Source: Lophium mytilinum (taxonomy: Eukaryota). Taken from it: DNA of 64,000 nucleotides. The translations under genes were made by a program, and so were the position numbers. The DNA lies in contig MU004183.1 in assembly GCA_010093605.1 (NCBI GenBank), positions 62,001 to 126,000 on the forward strand, in the 5' to 3' direction. The notes under the pieces are model-generated. The model was not told where the DNA came from. It saw nothing but the letters and a program-made list of their open reading frames with translations, and did no database searches. Below are positions 21,977 to 33,450 of the stretch, piece after piece (the stretch's first letter is position 1; the number at the start of each line of letters is the position of its first letter).

Positions 21977-23394
21977 GCAACGGCGGAGAGGAGATGGGAG
22001 GTGAGTGATGTTTCCGGCAGTCGGTGGAGATGGCGGAGTGTGTGAGAAGAGCAGAGCTGTTCGCGCCTTGGGTCGAGGAAGGCCTCCGGCAAAACTGCGC
22101 TAGCCAGTGCTCGGGAGTGGAATGGTGAATACAACTAACCTCGCCCGCGCCTATCCGCACAGTGCGGCTTGCGAAGCGAGCAACATAGTCATGTAACCCG
22201 AGATATGCGTCTTCCGCTAAGCATTGCGTACGCCGAAGGAGTTCCTGGATTTCCTAACGTCATCTGCCGGCGAGGCTCGCGTAGCAACGGTTGACCGATT
22301 GAGGAGAGTGGCAACCGCCTCGGTTCCACCACTCGAAAAGAATATTGGGCTACATAATAGATACGGATCGTAAAGTATGTGGCTATAATACACCACTACC
22401 AGGCGGAAAGGCTCATTGAGTTCTCAAAAAAAGGAAATAGTTTATACGAATTATTGCGAGGGCTATATTCTTCTTTACACGAAGACCGAGGAAAGAATGG
22501 AAGGGCTAGGGCAGAGGCCACATATTTGCAGGTTTGAAAGCGATGCGTGAGTAGAAAATAGAGGTCTTCACAGTGCTTGCGAGCCGCTTTCGGATAATTC
22601 ATTCATCCTTAATGACTTGTATGAAGCAAAATGAGATCTGACAGTTTGTAGAGTGGGCAAACACGCTCTCGGTGCTTTGTTACAATCTGAAAACATCGTC
22701 CTTGATTTGAGCACGCGTGTTCAAGTCGCAATGCTTTCACAGGAAGACACCAAAGAGTCTCGAATGTATGAAGGCGAAGAAAACGTTACTGATTTCTTAG
22801 TGTAGATACTACCTGTAAAGCCTTTAATGCCAACATCTAAACCTGATCTACCCGAATTCCTATGACTGATGGTTCATGCTTCGTAGTGGCGTTTTGCAGC
22901 ATGTTCAATCTCAACGGTGACTATTATCCCGTAAGATTGGCAGTCATGCATACCGTGTTAGATGTGGGTCAGTATATGTAGTCTCTCTTCAGTACCTTCA
23001 TAGCACGTTTGAAAGGTGTCCCATGCTACCGTCGAATTGGAGTCGGGAGCGAGAAGAGTGGTGGTAAGAATCCCCATTTTCGGATCGGATAAACGTTTCG
23101 ACGCTACGGCATACTATGTGCGTCTTAAGATATCTATAGCATGCCGTAGACGCGCTCGATTTCGAGATTACAGATCGGGTTCAAAGACAACCTCAACAAC
23201 ACCCCTGTCTCGCTATACGCCTTCAGACTCTCTATATTCTTCCACGAACGCGACAGACACGTACCTTCCAGTCGAACCCCTCATCCGCCCCATCCTCCTC
23301 TCGCCAGCGACTCCGGCTCCCCCGAGAGTGGCAAATCTGCACCACACGAGCACATCTACACCTCCAGACCGTTCGGAGCAGAGACCAGATCAAG

Positions 23395-24187
23395 ATGGGC
23401 GCCTCAGTCTCACGATTCTACTCGCTGATATTCGCAAAGAAGGAGATCCGGATATTGATACTGGGGCTCGTAAGTGCCAACGAGTCCACGCGTCCACGGA
23501 GACTAGTCCCCGAGCATCGCAGGCTAATACGTTGTCGGGGGTAGGATAATGCGGGGAAAACAACATTGCTATATCGTCTGAAGGTACATCTTTCTCGGAA
23601 TCTGGGCATGCCATTTGTGCTAGGACTGACAGGTTTTCACAGATCGGCGAAGTTGTCACAACGATACCAACAATAGGCTTCAACGTCGAGTCTGTCACGT
23701 ACAAAAACCTAAATTTCAACGTCTGGGTGAGTAGCATCCTTCCCATGCTTCTCGGACGTCGCTGATACGGTCACCGTGTAGGATCTAGGCGGCCAAACCT
23801 CCATCCGACCCTACTGGCGCTGCTACTATGCCAACACCGCCGCCGTCATCTTCGTTATCGACTCCACCGATATCGATCGTCTAGGGACCGCCTCCGAAGA
23901 ACTCGCCGCGATGCTGAATGAGGAGGAGCTGCGCGACGCGGCATTGCTGGTATTCGCGAACAAACAAGATCAACCGGGCGCAAAGGGGGCAGGAGAGATA
24001 TCTGAGGCGCTACGGCTAGGCGAGCTGAAGGACAGGAACTGGAGTATCGTGGCGTGCTCTGCGATTGATGGGCGAGGTGTGGATGAGGGTATGGATTGGT
24101 TGGTGGTGAGTGATATACCGACTTCTAGATTTGAGGGCGCAATACTAACAGAGTCCACAGCAAACTGTACAGTCGGAGTCTACGTAG
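23395..24187 (+). CDS. ARL1: ADP-ribosylation factor-like GTPase Arl1
   Basis: Exons 23395-23469, 23545-23583, 23643-23726, 23782-24105 and 24161-24187. MG myristoylation start, [36 protein letters not shown] (Arl1 signature), NKQD, CSA. Confidence 0.96.
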
Positions 24188-25537
24188 CGCAGCGTGATTT
24201 GGCGTGTGGCATCTTGGCGGGGTGGTCTTGTTCTATACCAGCATTGCGGAGTTTGGGAGTTGGTCCCAAGGCCGGAGCATCGCGCATTTGCGTAGGTCTA
24301 CTTATCAGCAGACTTTAATTGAGCGTATGTGCAGTTTTCGTGTACCTTTAGTGGTGAAACTGGATTTGGATGCATCTACGCTACCTATAATTTCTCTACC
24401 GACTACTTTCGATACAGCATGACAATCCCGATGTTCAACTTAGTTTCGGCACTAATTTCGGGCGAAATGGCATCCAACAGGGTACTTTGAGCTCCTGAGA
24501 GAGCCGTTATCATGGGTAGTACTATGCTACCGCAGGACGCTGAAGCCATACCAGGGATTCCGCATTCGCTGAGAACATCAAGCATCCCCATATACCTTTT
24601 CAATCTGATAAAGTGGAGATCGAGGATGTTTCCAGGGACGTAATCGGTGCCCGTGATGGCAGCAGTCTAGTCCAACTCATGTCGCAACCGCTTACCGAAG
24701 GACGACCTTCAAACGATCAGACCGGCTGCTGACATCGGACAGATCCCTACATGCCCCTGTATGGTGTATCTAGATATTTACATGGACGTCGAACGCAGCG
24801 CTACGTAGTTTCCATATTTAAAGCTCTGCATAGATCCACAGAACTCTACTACGCATGTTTTCCAGGCTTCTTCAGCAATTCATCTTTCTCAAGGCTCTCC
24901 CAATCAGCTCCTTCGATTGGGAGCCTTCCCAGTTCTTTCAACACACCGCGAGTCCAGTAGATCTCACATTTACCCTTCCCCGTTGACGGGCAGGCCTCCA
25001 CTCGTCACCATCCTCGTCACAGCCTACTCTTAAGACCCCTTTCAGTCTACACTACCCTACCTTCTACCTTTAAGATATATTTGACAGCTAAGCTTTGCAT
25101 CGTCGCCATCCCCATCTCCACACATTCCTAAGACCTCACTTCGTACAATCGAAACCTACCTCACGCCTCTATAGCGGCTATTCCGCGCTGCTCTAATTAT
25201 CCTTACTACAGCACGGTCTCATCAACTACTTTGAAGCACCAGCCTGGTCTATCAGCCATACAGGCATCAAGCCAACACTTGCTTGTTGCTCAATCATACA
25301 CCTCATATCCTCACCAACTGAAGAAAGTTTGTGGCACTGCGGATGAAGTTAGTCGTGCTGCTTCATTTCCATTCAAAGTCGATTCCAGAACTCATATCGG
25401 CCTCCAATCAGCTTCTTCAACCTCATCCCTCTCCCATCTCAAGGATTAATCACGACCTCACAAATTCGCGACTTAGGCACTCCAGTAATGCAAAGCGGAT
25501 CTCCGAAGATCAGATAAAAACCTTACCTACGTCCATC

Positions 25538-26506
25538 ATGGACGTCAACGCCGGACATCACCCTTATCACAGACATAGGGGCGTGGAAATACCATATTAC
25601 CCATCTTGTTACTTCATCCGTATGGAGGACGAAGGAAGCGAGAGCGAGTCCATGGATGGGATTTCCAACGATACATCCAGCGGTCCGTCTGGACGGCACA
25701 CAAAGTTCATGGACGATGGACAGCATGCTGCGACAAGTGTCAAAGATAGCGCAAAGACGATGTCTGAGGACAGAGCACATGCAGCTGAAGCGGGGAAGCA
25801 GCCTGAAGCAAGGAACTTTCATCCGGAAGAGACGACGGGTACTACGAACGCAGTAGCCACAGCGACACGAGGCGAAAGCCCGAAAACTAGGACGGTGTTA
25901 GCCGAGATCGATGCTGTTCGAGAACGCAATCGGGTTCACTTCGAGGAAAGGCGCTTGGCAGACCTCGTTCTCGGCTCCGCAAAAGACATTATTCAAGATC
26001 TTGAGCGGTTGCTGAAGGACCGTACTCAGAAGTATCAAAACAAGAAACAAGCATGGAAAGACAACATGGAGAGTGCAAAAAGGGGTCATCAAGAGGAGCT
26101 GCAAAATTTGGAAGCTGGTAACAGAGCTGAGATTGAACGTATGAGAAAGGCCAGAGATGCAGCAGAGAGCCTAGGCCTAAAAGAGCAGGAACAGCTGAAG
26201 GCAGAGATGTACCGAAATCGCTCCGAATGGTACGCAAAGGAACGTCGTCTCAAGAGTACTATCGATGCACTCCGGCTCTCAGGAACTAGAAAAGATGAAA
26301 CGATCACTCAGCTTACTTCCGAGAACGAGGATCTCCAGAAAAGGCTTGCTGCTGGGGAGAGTGCTCTTCCAGATTCTAACTCTGACACTTCCCGAAAACG
26401 TCGATGCTTTTACTCCAAGGCCACGCCTAGGAGCAGTCAATTCGCGGTCATCGACTTGACTACAGATGCATACGAGAATGCTCATACTCCATCGCCAGGG
26501 AACTGA
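25538..26506 (+). CDS. Orphan family-2 gene G: coiled-coil protein with NLS-like RKRR; RING-less paralog of K
   Basis: First ATG of ORF 25331-26506 (alternative ATG 25622). RNRSEWYAKERRLKSTIDALRLSGTRKDETITQLTSE aligns with K's KNRSEWLGTNKGLESRIQELERSGTEKDDEIARLTSE. Confidence 0.75.
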   Translation: MDVNAGHHPYHRHRGVEIPYYPSCYFIRMEDEGSESESMDGISNDTSSGPSGRHTKFMDDGQHAATSVKDSAKTMSEDRAHAAEAGKQPEARNFHPEETTGTTNAVATATRGESPKTRTVLAEIDAVRERNRVHFEERRLADLVLGSAKDIIQDLERLLKDRTQKYQNKKQAWKDNMESAKRGHQEELQNLEAGNRAEIERMRKARDAAESLGLKEQEQLKAEMYRNRSEWYAKERRLKSTIDALRLSGTRKDETITQLTSENEDLQKRLAAGESALPDSNSDTSRKRRCFYSKATPRSSQFAVIDLTTDAYENAHTPSPGN

Positions 26507-28014
26507 TATGATATCCTCTGATTCAGATGGCAGCTCGGGCCGGCTATTCAAGATTTCTCATACTCTTCCCATCTCTACTTGCCGGACCCCTTCCTATGAT
26601 TTCATGCTTTGTACATTTTACAACCTATTGCTCATTCTTCTTTGGATCTTCTTTCATCCGAACCTACAACCCTTCCTGTCCTGGCAATTAGGCAACACCC
26701 TCACTATGACGCACTGCAATAGTCATATGGCGAGACTAGAGCGCGATGTTGCCAAAGATCGCAATATGGATCCAGAATTCAACCTCGCGTTGAGCAGTAG
26801 GGACTGATGACCTAGACATGCACCTATCCAATACCCTTCTCAGTCACAATTTCCTTCCGGTATTGGTGTCCCGGCAGCCTATAATAGCCCGCTCCGTGGC
26901 ACCTTAGGTCGAGCATCGACTACAACTATCTTTGACTGGTCATTCAGATTGCTTCGGACCAAAAAAACCTTGCACCTATTCAGAATGCGAATCTCCCATA
27001 AACAATACCCTCAAATATGGCGACATCATTTCCCCATCTCTTTTTGTACTACGATATCACATTGCTTCAAGATCAACATTTCCATGAGTGCCATTTGAGT
27101 TTTCCTTGCCTAATCTCATCTGGGATCTTGCATCTCTTCGGGGGATTACACAGGCCAGAAAGTAGGGTGTGCCGGTATCAATGGTTCCTCCTGGCACATT
27201 CTTATTTGGTGCATTCGTCATAGCGTGATGAATCTCAGCCTCTTCCTCCTTTTCTTTTCCCAGCAAGTAAGTTCAATTCCTCAACGAAAGTCTAGATTAT
27301 CCACCACATCGTGAGAAGCCATGAAAAGCCCTACGTGCGTGAAAACTCGTCGATGTAGTCTTTGAATAAATCGACACGTCAGCGGGCAACGTTGATAAGT
27401 TTCCCGGGGGCGCACTCCGTCCATCTCACTCTACCAACGAACCTCTCCGTTTCCAACCACACTTCATCGCTCTCAACATCTCTATTCTCTGAATGCTTCT
27501 GAAGGTATATCAAATACATTTGCCCGTTGCGTTACCGCAATGAGAAGTACCAGGGCGACCTTACATCCCTATCAAAACGTTATCTGACCGCTTCCTCCGA
27601 TCGAAACACATGGTCTTATCACCTCGGGTCGATCCATTGTATCCCATTCCAGCGACCTCACTTGATCAACACCGGTATAACCTTTCTTCTATCTCAGCCC
27701 CAGGCTAGCGCGCTATCGCGTATCCTCACTTGCCCCACAATCATACAAACGCACGAACGTTTTTGCACCGCTACAACTTCCACCTTACCCTCAATAGTAT
27801 CAGCCTAGCCCTCCTCTTCACAAACGCAGCTGGTTTGAACTCCAGACCTCGCCCTGCCATCGTAGCTTCTCTCCTCACTTCTTGGAGCAAGCCCGGACCC
27901 AACAGCATCGGCTAGCGCATGCCGAAGCAGCCCCTAAATCGTCGGTTCTCATTGTCCGCGATTCGATCGATCTACATCGTTCCTCGGCATTAGCATCTAC
28001 CTACCCAACCAAAG

Positions 28015-30111
28015 ATGGATGGCAATCCCGCCGACTCAGAGCAGACGGCATCTGGAATTCCGAGCTATGATGCTTCTACCACCGGCGAATCTCCGCAAGT
28101 GACGAGCGACACCTCAGCGTGCATGTCGAGCGTCAGCTTAAACGATATATCCGATTTCAGTAAAGACATACCACAAGAAGCTCCTACTATTATGGAATTG
28201 ATTCTCCCAAATGGTCGAGATACGACTCTCCGCAAGTCGACAATACCAATTCTTTCATCCCAGCAAGTAGATCCAGAGATCCTAAGGGCTCAGGTCGCCC
28301 ACCTGCAAGGCTTGAATGATTACCAGAAGAAGCAGAACGAGGCTTTAAAGCTCGATCTTACCACGATGGTGAATTGGGGTCTGGTGCAGGAGAACAAGGC
28401 TGAGAGTGCGAAAACGCTAGCCGGGGAACTGGAAATGGACCTTAGAAAGATGGAGGAAGCTAATGACAAGGAGCAAACCAGGGCTAAGGTAGCCGAAAAG
28501 CGGGTTGAGGAATTGGAGGTCGGATTGAAGGTGATGGAGGATGCCAGGAACGAGGCAAATAGCAGAGTGAAGAGAGCTGAAAAGCGGGTTGCGGAGCTAG
28601 TCGTCGAACTCAACATCAGGGAGGGGGCTGAGAATGAGCAAATGGCGGTGAAAGAGGCTTTGGAGCTTGAGAAGATGTCATTGGCTGAGCAGGTATCTAT
28701 GGCGAGGGCACGGATTGAAGATCTGAAGAATGAGATTGCAAGAGCGAGAGAAACTCACAACGAAGAAAAAGAAAAGATGAATGACTCTCAAGACGAAGGG
28801 ATCCAGATCTTGCTCTGGAAATTTCGTGAGCGATTAGGCTACCTCGAAGAAGAAACTGAAACAGGAACTGAGAGGCCGGATACATTGCAAGAGTGGGACA
28901 GTATGAGATCCATGCTAAACAGCTTCAAGGACGAACATTCGAAACAAATCCAGCAGATCTTTAGGCTACTCAGTCATGGCAAGTGTGAAAAGCTTCGCGA
29001 GAAAGAGAAGACATCCAGGCTTAAGAGAGACTTTGGAAATGCGAACTTGGAGAACAGTAATATCAAGAAGGATAACATTAGCCTGGAGAGGGAGCTAAAC
29101 AGTGTGAAGAGAATTAAGGAAAGGCTGGAGGCCGAGTCCTCTCGTCAAAATGAGCCGTTTATAAAGAAGGAAGTCGATCATTGGCCACCTGAGAAATTTC
29201 GGTCTCCAGAGGATCCTACAACGGACTCACACAGGCCCAAACGTCTGAAGCATATCTTTCACGATACAAGCGAGCAATCATTGTCTCGAGGTTACTCTAA
29301 CCCTCTATCCCGCCCAAATTTCCATGCAATATTTTCGTCGGAGCGCTCGGGTTCTAAGACAGTATCGACAGTTGGAAGTCCGATTTCGACGCACAATATA
29401 ATGTGCGGCGTCTGCCTCGAGATCCATCCTGCGAAGGGTTGGCTGACTGGCTGCCTCCACGTGATATGTTGGTCATGTTTCCTAGAAATGGAGTTCACGT
29501 CAAGCTTCAAGAGTGAAGGAACGACGAGCTGCTACTGTGGACATCCTATCACGTATACGATGACACTCGAATCCTGCCTTGCAGACAGCGAGCCTCCGAA
29601 ATTCTCCAGCTCATTCAGCTCGAAGTTATCAGAATATAAAACACTCCAACCCGAGGATACAAGTGTGTTTTCGGGAAAAGTCTTTTACAGCCTACGAACT
29701 CGCCAGGCTACCATTGCATTTTCCGCTCGTAGCTCAAAGAGCGAGATTGATGACCTCGAGCCTGAAGTAACACAATGGGTGGCCCGATCTCTGAGAGAGT
29801 GGTTTTCGATCCCGAGACCTCAATTTTGGGTCGAATATCAGAAGAGAAATGGAACTTGCTTGCACTGTCAGATCCACAACCAATACTGTTTCCTACTGAA
29901 TCCTGGAAAAAACGAGGCGTGTGTGCCCTGCTCAAAAAAAGGCGTTCCGTGCCTGGCCATCAAGAAGTCCGTTTGGGGCCCTCTCATACAGCTCCTGCCT
30001 CTAGCGGACACCTACCGCAAAGGTCGCCTATGGAAATCAATCGTATCTTGGAAGGATCCAGAGAAAGTTCAGAAAGCGGAATGGGAAAGGGAATGGGAAA
30101 ATCAATTGTAG
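28015..30111 (+). CDS. Orphan family-2 gene H: long coiled coil + C3HC4-type RING + C-terminal Zn2Cys6-like motif, 698 aa, intronless
   Basis: E/K-rich heptads with a 28-aa repeat. RING CGVC..WLTGCLHVICWSC..CYC (29404-29538). C-x2-C-x6-C-x10-C-x2-C-x6-C at 29857-29952. Confidence 0.85.
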   Translation: MDGNPADSEQTASGIPSYDASTTGESPQVTSDTSACMSSVSLNDISDFSKDIPQEAPTIMELILPNGRDTTLRKSTIPILSSQQVDPEILRAQVAHLQGLNDYQKKQNEALKLDLTTMVNWGLVQENKAESAKTLAGELEMDLRKMEEANDKEQTRAKVAEKRVEELEVGLKVMEDARNEANSRVKRAEKRVAELVVELNIREGAENEQMAVKEALELEKMSLAEQVSMARARIEDLKNEIARARETHNEEKEKMNDSQDEGIQILLWKFRERLGYLEEETETGTERPDTLQEWDSMRSMLNSFKDEHSKQIQQIFRLLSHGKCEKLREKEKTSRLKRDFGNANLENSNIKKDNISLERELNSVKRIKERLEAESSRQNEPFIKKEVDHWPPEKFRSPEDPTTDSHRPKRLKHIFHDTSEQSLSRGYSNPLSRPNFHAIFSSERSGSKTVSTVGSPISTHNIMCGVCLEIHPAKGWLTGCLHVICWSCFLEMEFTSSFKSEGTTSCYCGHPITYTMTLESCLADSEPPKFSSSFSSKLSEYKTLQPEDTSVFSGKVFYSLRTRQATIAFSARSSKSEIDDLEPEVTQWVARSLREWFSIPRPQFWVEYQKRNGTCLHCQIHNQYCFLLNPGKNEACVPCSKKGVPCLAIKKSVWGPLIQLLPLADTYRKGRLWKSIVSWKDPEKVQKAEWEREWENQL

Positions 30112-31501
30112 CAAATTTACCAGTTGGCGCCTTCAAGCGATAAGTCTTCGTCCAATTCCCAGCTTCCAAGGGCAGACCTCAACATCGATATGTCCATTTG
30201 AAATTACGATCTGCTCCGGGAGACAGCTTGGTATCCTCGCTTTATAGTCGCAGTATGACATTCTACCTTTGCCCTAGCTAGTATTTGGATTATACTCATC
30301 CCCATCTGGAGATTAGTAGGGAAGTGGCTGAAAAGCGAGTCACTTTGGGTTTGGCTGGTATCATCTTTTCATACTCTTCGATAAGATCTTTGATTTCTTT
30401 CTTCAGCTTTTGCCCTTCCTTTGGATATTTCCCCCAAATAAAAGTCTAAATGCATCCCGTCAATTGAAAAGTCCATGTATTATGTGAGACCATTGTAAAT
30501 GTCCTTCTGTGTGAACATCAAGATATTCCTAACTCGGCGCTTTCCTCACTCTCAATTCTGCTCGCTTCTCATGACTCAAGGGTTTAGTCCCTTAGCTAGG
30601 ATTTAGCTACTAATAGAATTACCTACAAGGTTTCTAATTCCCGGCATAGTTAACGCATGTCGGTGTTTCATGTAAGTCTAATTTGAACATGATATAATAA
30701 GTACGAGGTAATACACCTATGGAAGGTTTATGCGACAAACATCATGGAGGTCTTGAAATGAGAACAGATGGCGATGAGAAATGGCGAGGCCGTAGAAATC
30801 AGACTACCCGGAAGGATCTCTTCACGCTCGCCTTTTGCTGTAAAGTCAACAATGAGCCGAACGTCTAGACTTCACTTCATCCTATCCGTGCACATAAACC
30901 CTCCTATACGCCCCAATCCTCAGCTAGGAGCTTTTAGCCTACTTCCACCATCTCTTATACCACCCCTCTAAACATCCTTATTCACATCAACTTTAATCAA
31001 TTTTCCCGCCTCACTACACCAACTCTCGAGGTATTCTCATACTGAAAAAGGATACAAAGAAGTAATCGAGGGGACTGCATCCAACCCTAGCAACGTTCTC
31101 GTGAAAGTGCATTCCTAGAAATCATTCTACAAGTATGGTTTTTGCTCTCCATAGGAAACAGCACATGCTGTTTACTATACAGACTCTTCCAGTCATCTAC
31201 TATCGAATGAGACCTCCGAACTATGGAGAACTTGACCAATGACCATCAAGTACGACATCACCGAAGATACCAGAACCAAATCGAAAATCGACCGAGGTTT
31301 GAGAAAGAGCACCAAAAAGACTGGGCCACACTTCAATACATTTCGCCTCGGTAAGGGACTACATCGTTAGTAGCACATTGGGAGGATATAGCTTCACGAG
31401 GGGCTGCTAGGGCTACAGGCCAAAAGCCCCACCAAGTGAGGGACAAGAGAAAGACGTCCGAGCTATAAGAGATACACAAGAGGACCGCAGACAGTAATCC
31501 A

Positions 31502-31573
31502 AAAAGTTCAGTGATTTCTGGGTAGGCGAGTAGGTGTCAGATCTCAGGATCCGAAAAGTTCAATGATTTCTGG
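31502..31573 (+). repeat. Two direct copies of a 20-bp motif, inverted relative to the 135-bp repeat at 32.0-32.3 kb
   Basis: AAAAGTTCAGTGATTTCTGG (31502-31521) and AAAAGTTCAATGATTTCTGG (31554-31573). The first is the exact reverse complement of 32207-32226. Confidence 0.85.
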
Positions 31574-32004
31574 ATAGCTCTTCTCTTTTCGTACCTACTC
31601 TACCATAGCACTAGCAACATGTTCAGTGGTGGTAAATTATGAAAACACATACGTCTGTCTGTTTCTATGAGCTAGCTGTTGGAAAATAAGGTGATGCCTA
31701 TTAGTCTAGAGGGTGTTCCATTTTACTGAACCATAAACGCTGCTTGATACTGCCGAAAATAAACTTCATGTAGAATATTTGTAGAGTTTATCGGCTGATG
31801 CAAAGTTTTGGGAGTCGGGTTACATCGAGCGTCTAGAGTGTCTAATCCGCACACCTGGTCAGTGGGTAGTATCATGCGTTTTCCCGAAGTAATAGCGTTT
31901 GGGTACACAGTGCGATATAGGCAAAGTCCGAATCTAACACAATGCGGAATCCTGGATACCCCGAATGCAGAGAGCCTCTCAAGTTGCAATGGAAGCCATT
32001 TTCA

Positions 32005-32345
32005 TAGATGCATTACTCCCTAAGCCTCGCTCCCATATGTGGTCCCAGAAGTCCGAAACCTATTCGCCCATCCTGAAATATTTGAACTTTTCGCATCGCC
32101 CTCTGCAGGCTCATCCCTAGGACATCCCAAATCGGTCTGTAAATGCACTGCTCACCAAGCTTCGATCCCATATGTGGTCCCAGAACTCCGAGACGCACCC
32201 ACCCATCCAGAAATCACTGAACTTTTCGAATCGCCGTCTGCAGGCTCATCCCCAGGATGTCCCGACTCGGTCTGTAGATGCATTGTGCACCAAGCCTCGC
32301 TCCCGTATGCAGCCCATAAAATTCGAGATGTGCTCGCACATCCAT
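32005..32345. repeat. 135-bp tandem repeat, ~2.5 copies, just 3' of gene I
   Basis: AAGC(C/T)TCG(C/A)TCCC(A/G)TATG anchors at 32022, 32157 and 32292; CTGCAGGCTCATCCC is shared by two units. Confidence 0.9.
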
Positions 32346-32394
32346 ATCCCGCGCCATGTCACTACCGTTGACGATAGGCCATGTACGGAAACCT

Positions 32395-33450
32395 CTATAG
32401 GTGAGGTGGCTCACTCATCCGATCATACTCACGGATGGCTGTTCTCGGGCGCTTGTGCGGTCTGTTCGACCCAGAGTCTTTCCGATAAACAGCATCTTCG
32501 ATAGCCCATAACCTTGCTTTCAGTCCTTCTTTCTCGAACCACGTTGAATTAGCCTTAATCTTCAAGCGGGCCACCTCCGCGTCTTTCTCTTCGTCCTTCA
32601 ATTCGATATGTTCAGATTTTGCCTTCAGGCTGTCCATCTTCGCCCAAAGGGAGCAAATGAACTGGTCAATCTCTTTCTCCTTTGACATAAGTTCTTTCTC
32701 CTTTGACTTAAGTTCTTGACATATCACGCGCTCCCGATGTTCATACCCTTTCAGCTCGTGGTTTCTGTTTTCCTTGTCATATTCCAAGCCTGTGATAACA
32801 TCCTTCGCCCTCTGCAGCTCGTCGACTTGACGAGAACACTCCGATCTGAGAGCCTGGGCCTCTTCTATCAAATGCCGATTCGACTTCACCAACTCCGCGT
32901 TCTCCTTTTTTTCCTGCGCGACGACCTTTCGGATAGTCTCATTCTCTTTCTCCTTAGCTTCAACCCTCTTCAAGAGCTCTTCTTCTAGCTCTCGAACCTG
33001 TATCAGAGAAGCTGCCACTTCCTTGGCCCGTTGTTCTCGCATATCCGCGACTTCCTACTCCAGACCAGCGCATGTCTCTGCTAGCTTGGTTTTCTCATCT
33101 TCCAGGTAGGTGTTCTTAGCGTTCGATGATTGTACGAGGCTGCTCGATGATTGTACGAGACTGTAGAGAGACGCGTTTTCGTTCTTTAGAGACGCGTTTT
33201 CGTTCTTTTCAACCATCAAGCGAGTCTCCAGAGATGATATGCGCGCTCTCAGAGACAATTCGGTCGGTGTTTCCATCGAGTCAGTGGCATGGCTGTTAAT
33301 AGTGGGGACACCATCATGGCCAGTGGTGACATGCACCGCGGTATCCACGCTAGTCGACTGGGGCTCTGGCATTGCTTGAGATTCTAGGGTCACTGTAGAT
33401 TGCGGAGTTTGGATCGGCGTATCGCCCGAGATATCTAGCTCACCCTCCAT
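32395..33450 (-). CDS. Orphan family-2 gene I: coiled coil + RPHKRPR NLS, interrupted by one in-frame TAG
   Basis: ORFs 33055-33573 and 32395-33042 are in the same frame, separated only by GAG TAG GAA GTC GCG GAT (TAG 33057-33055). ATG at 33450. Heptad pattern is continuous across the stop. May be a recent pseudogene. Confidence 0.7.
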
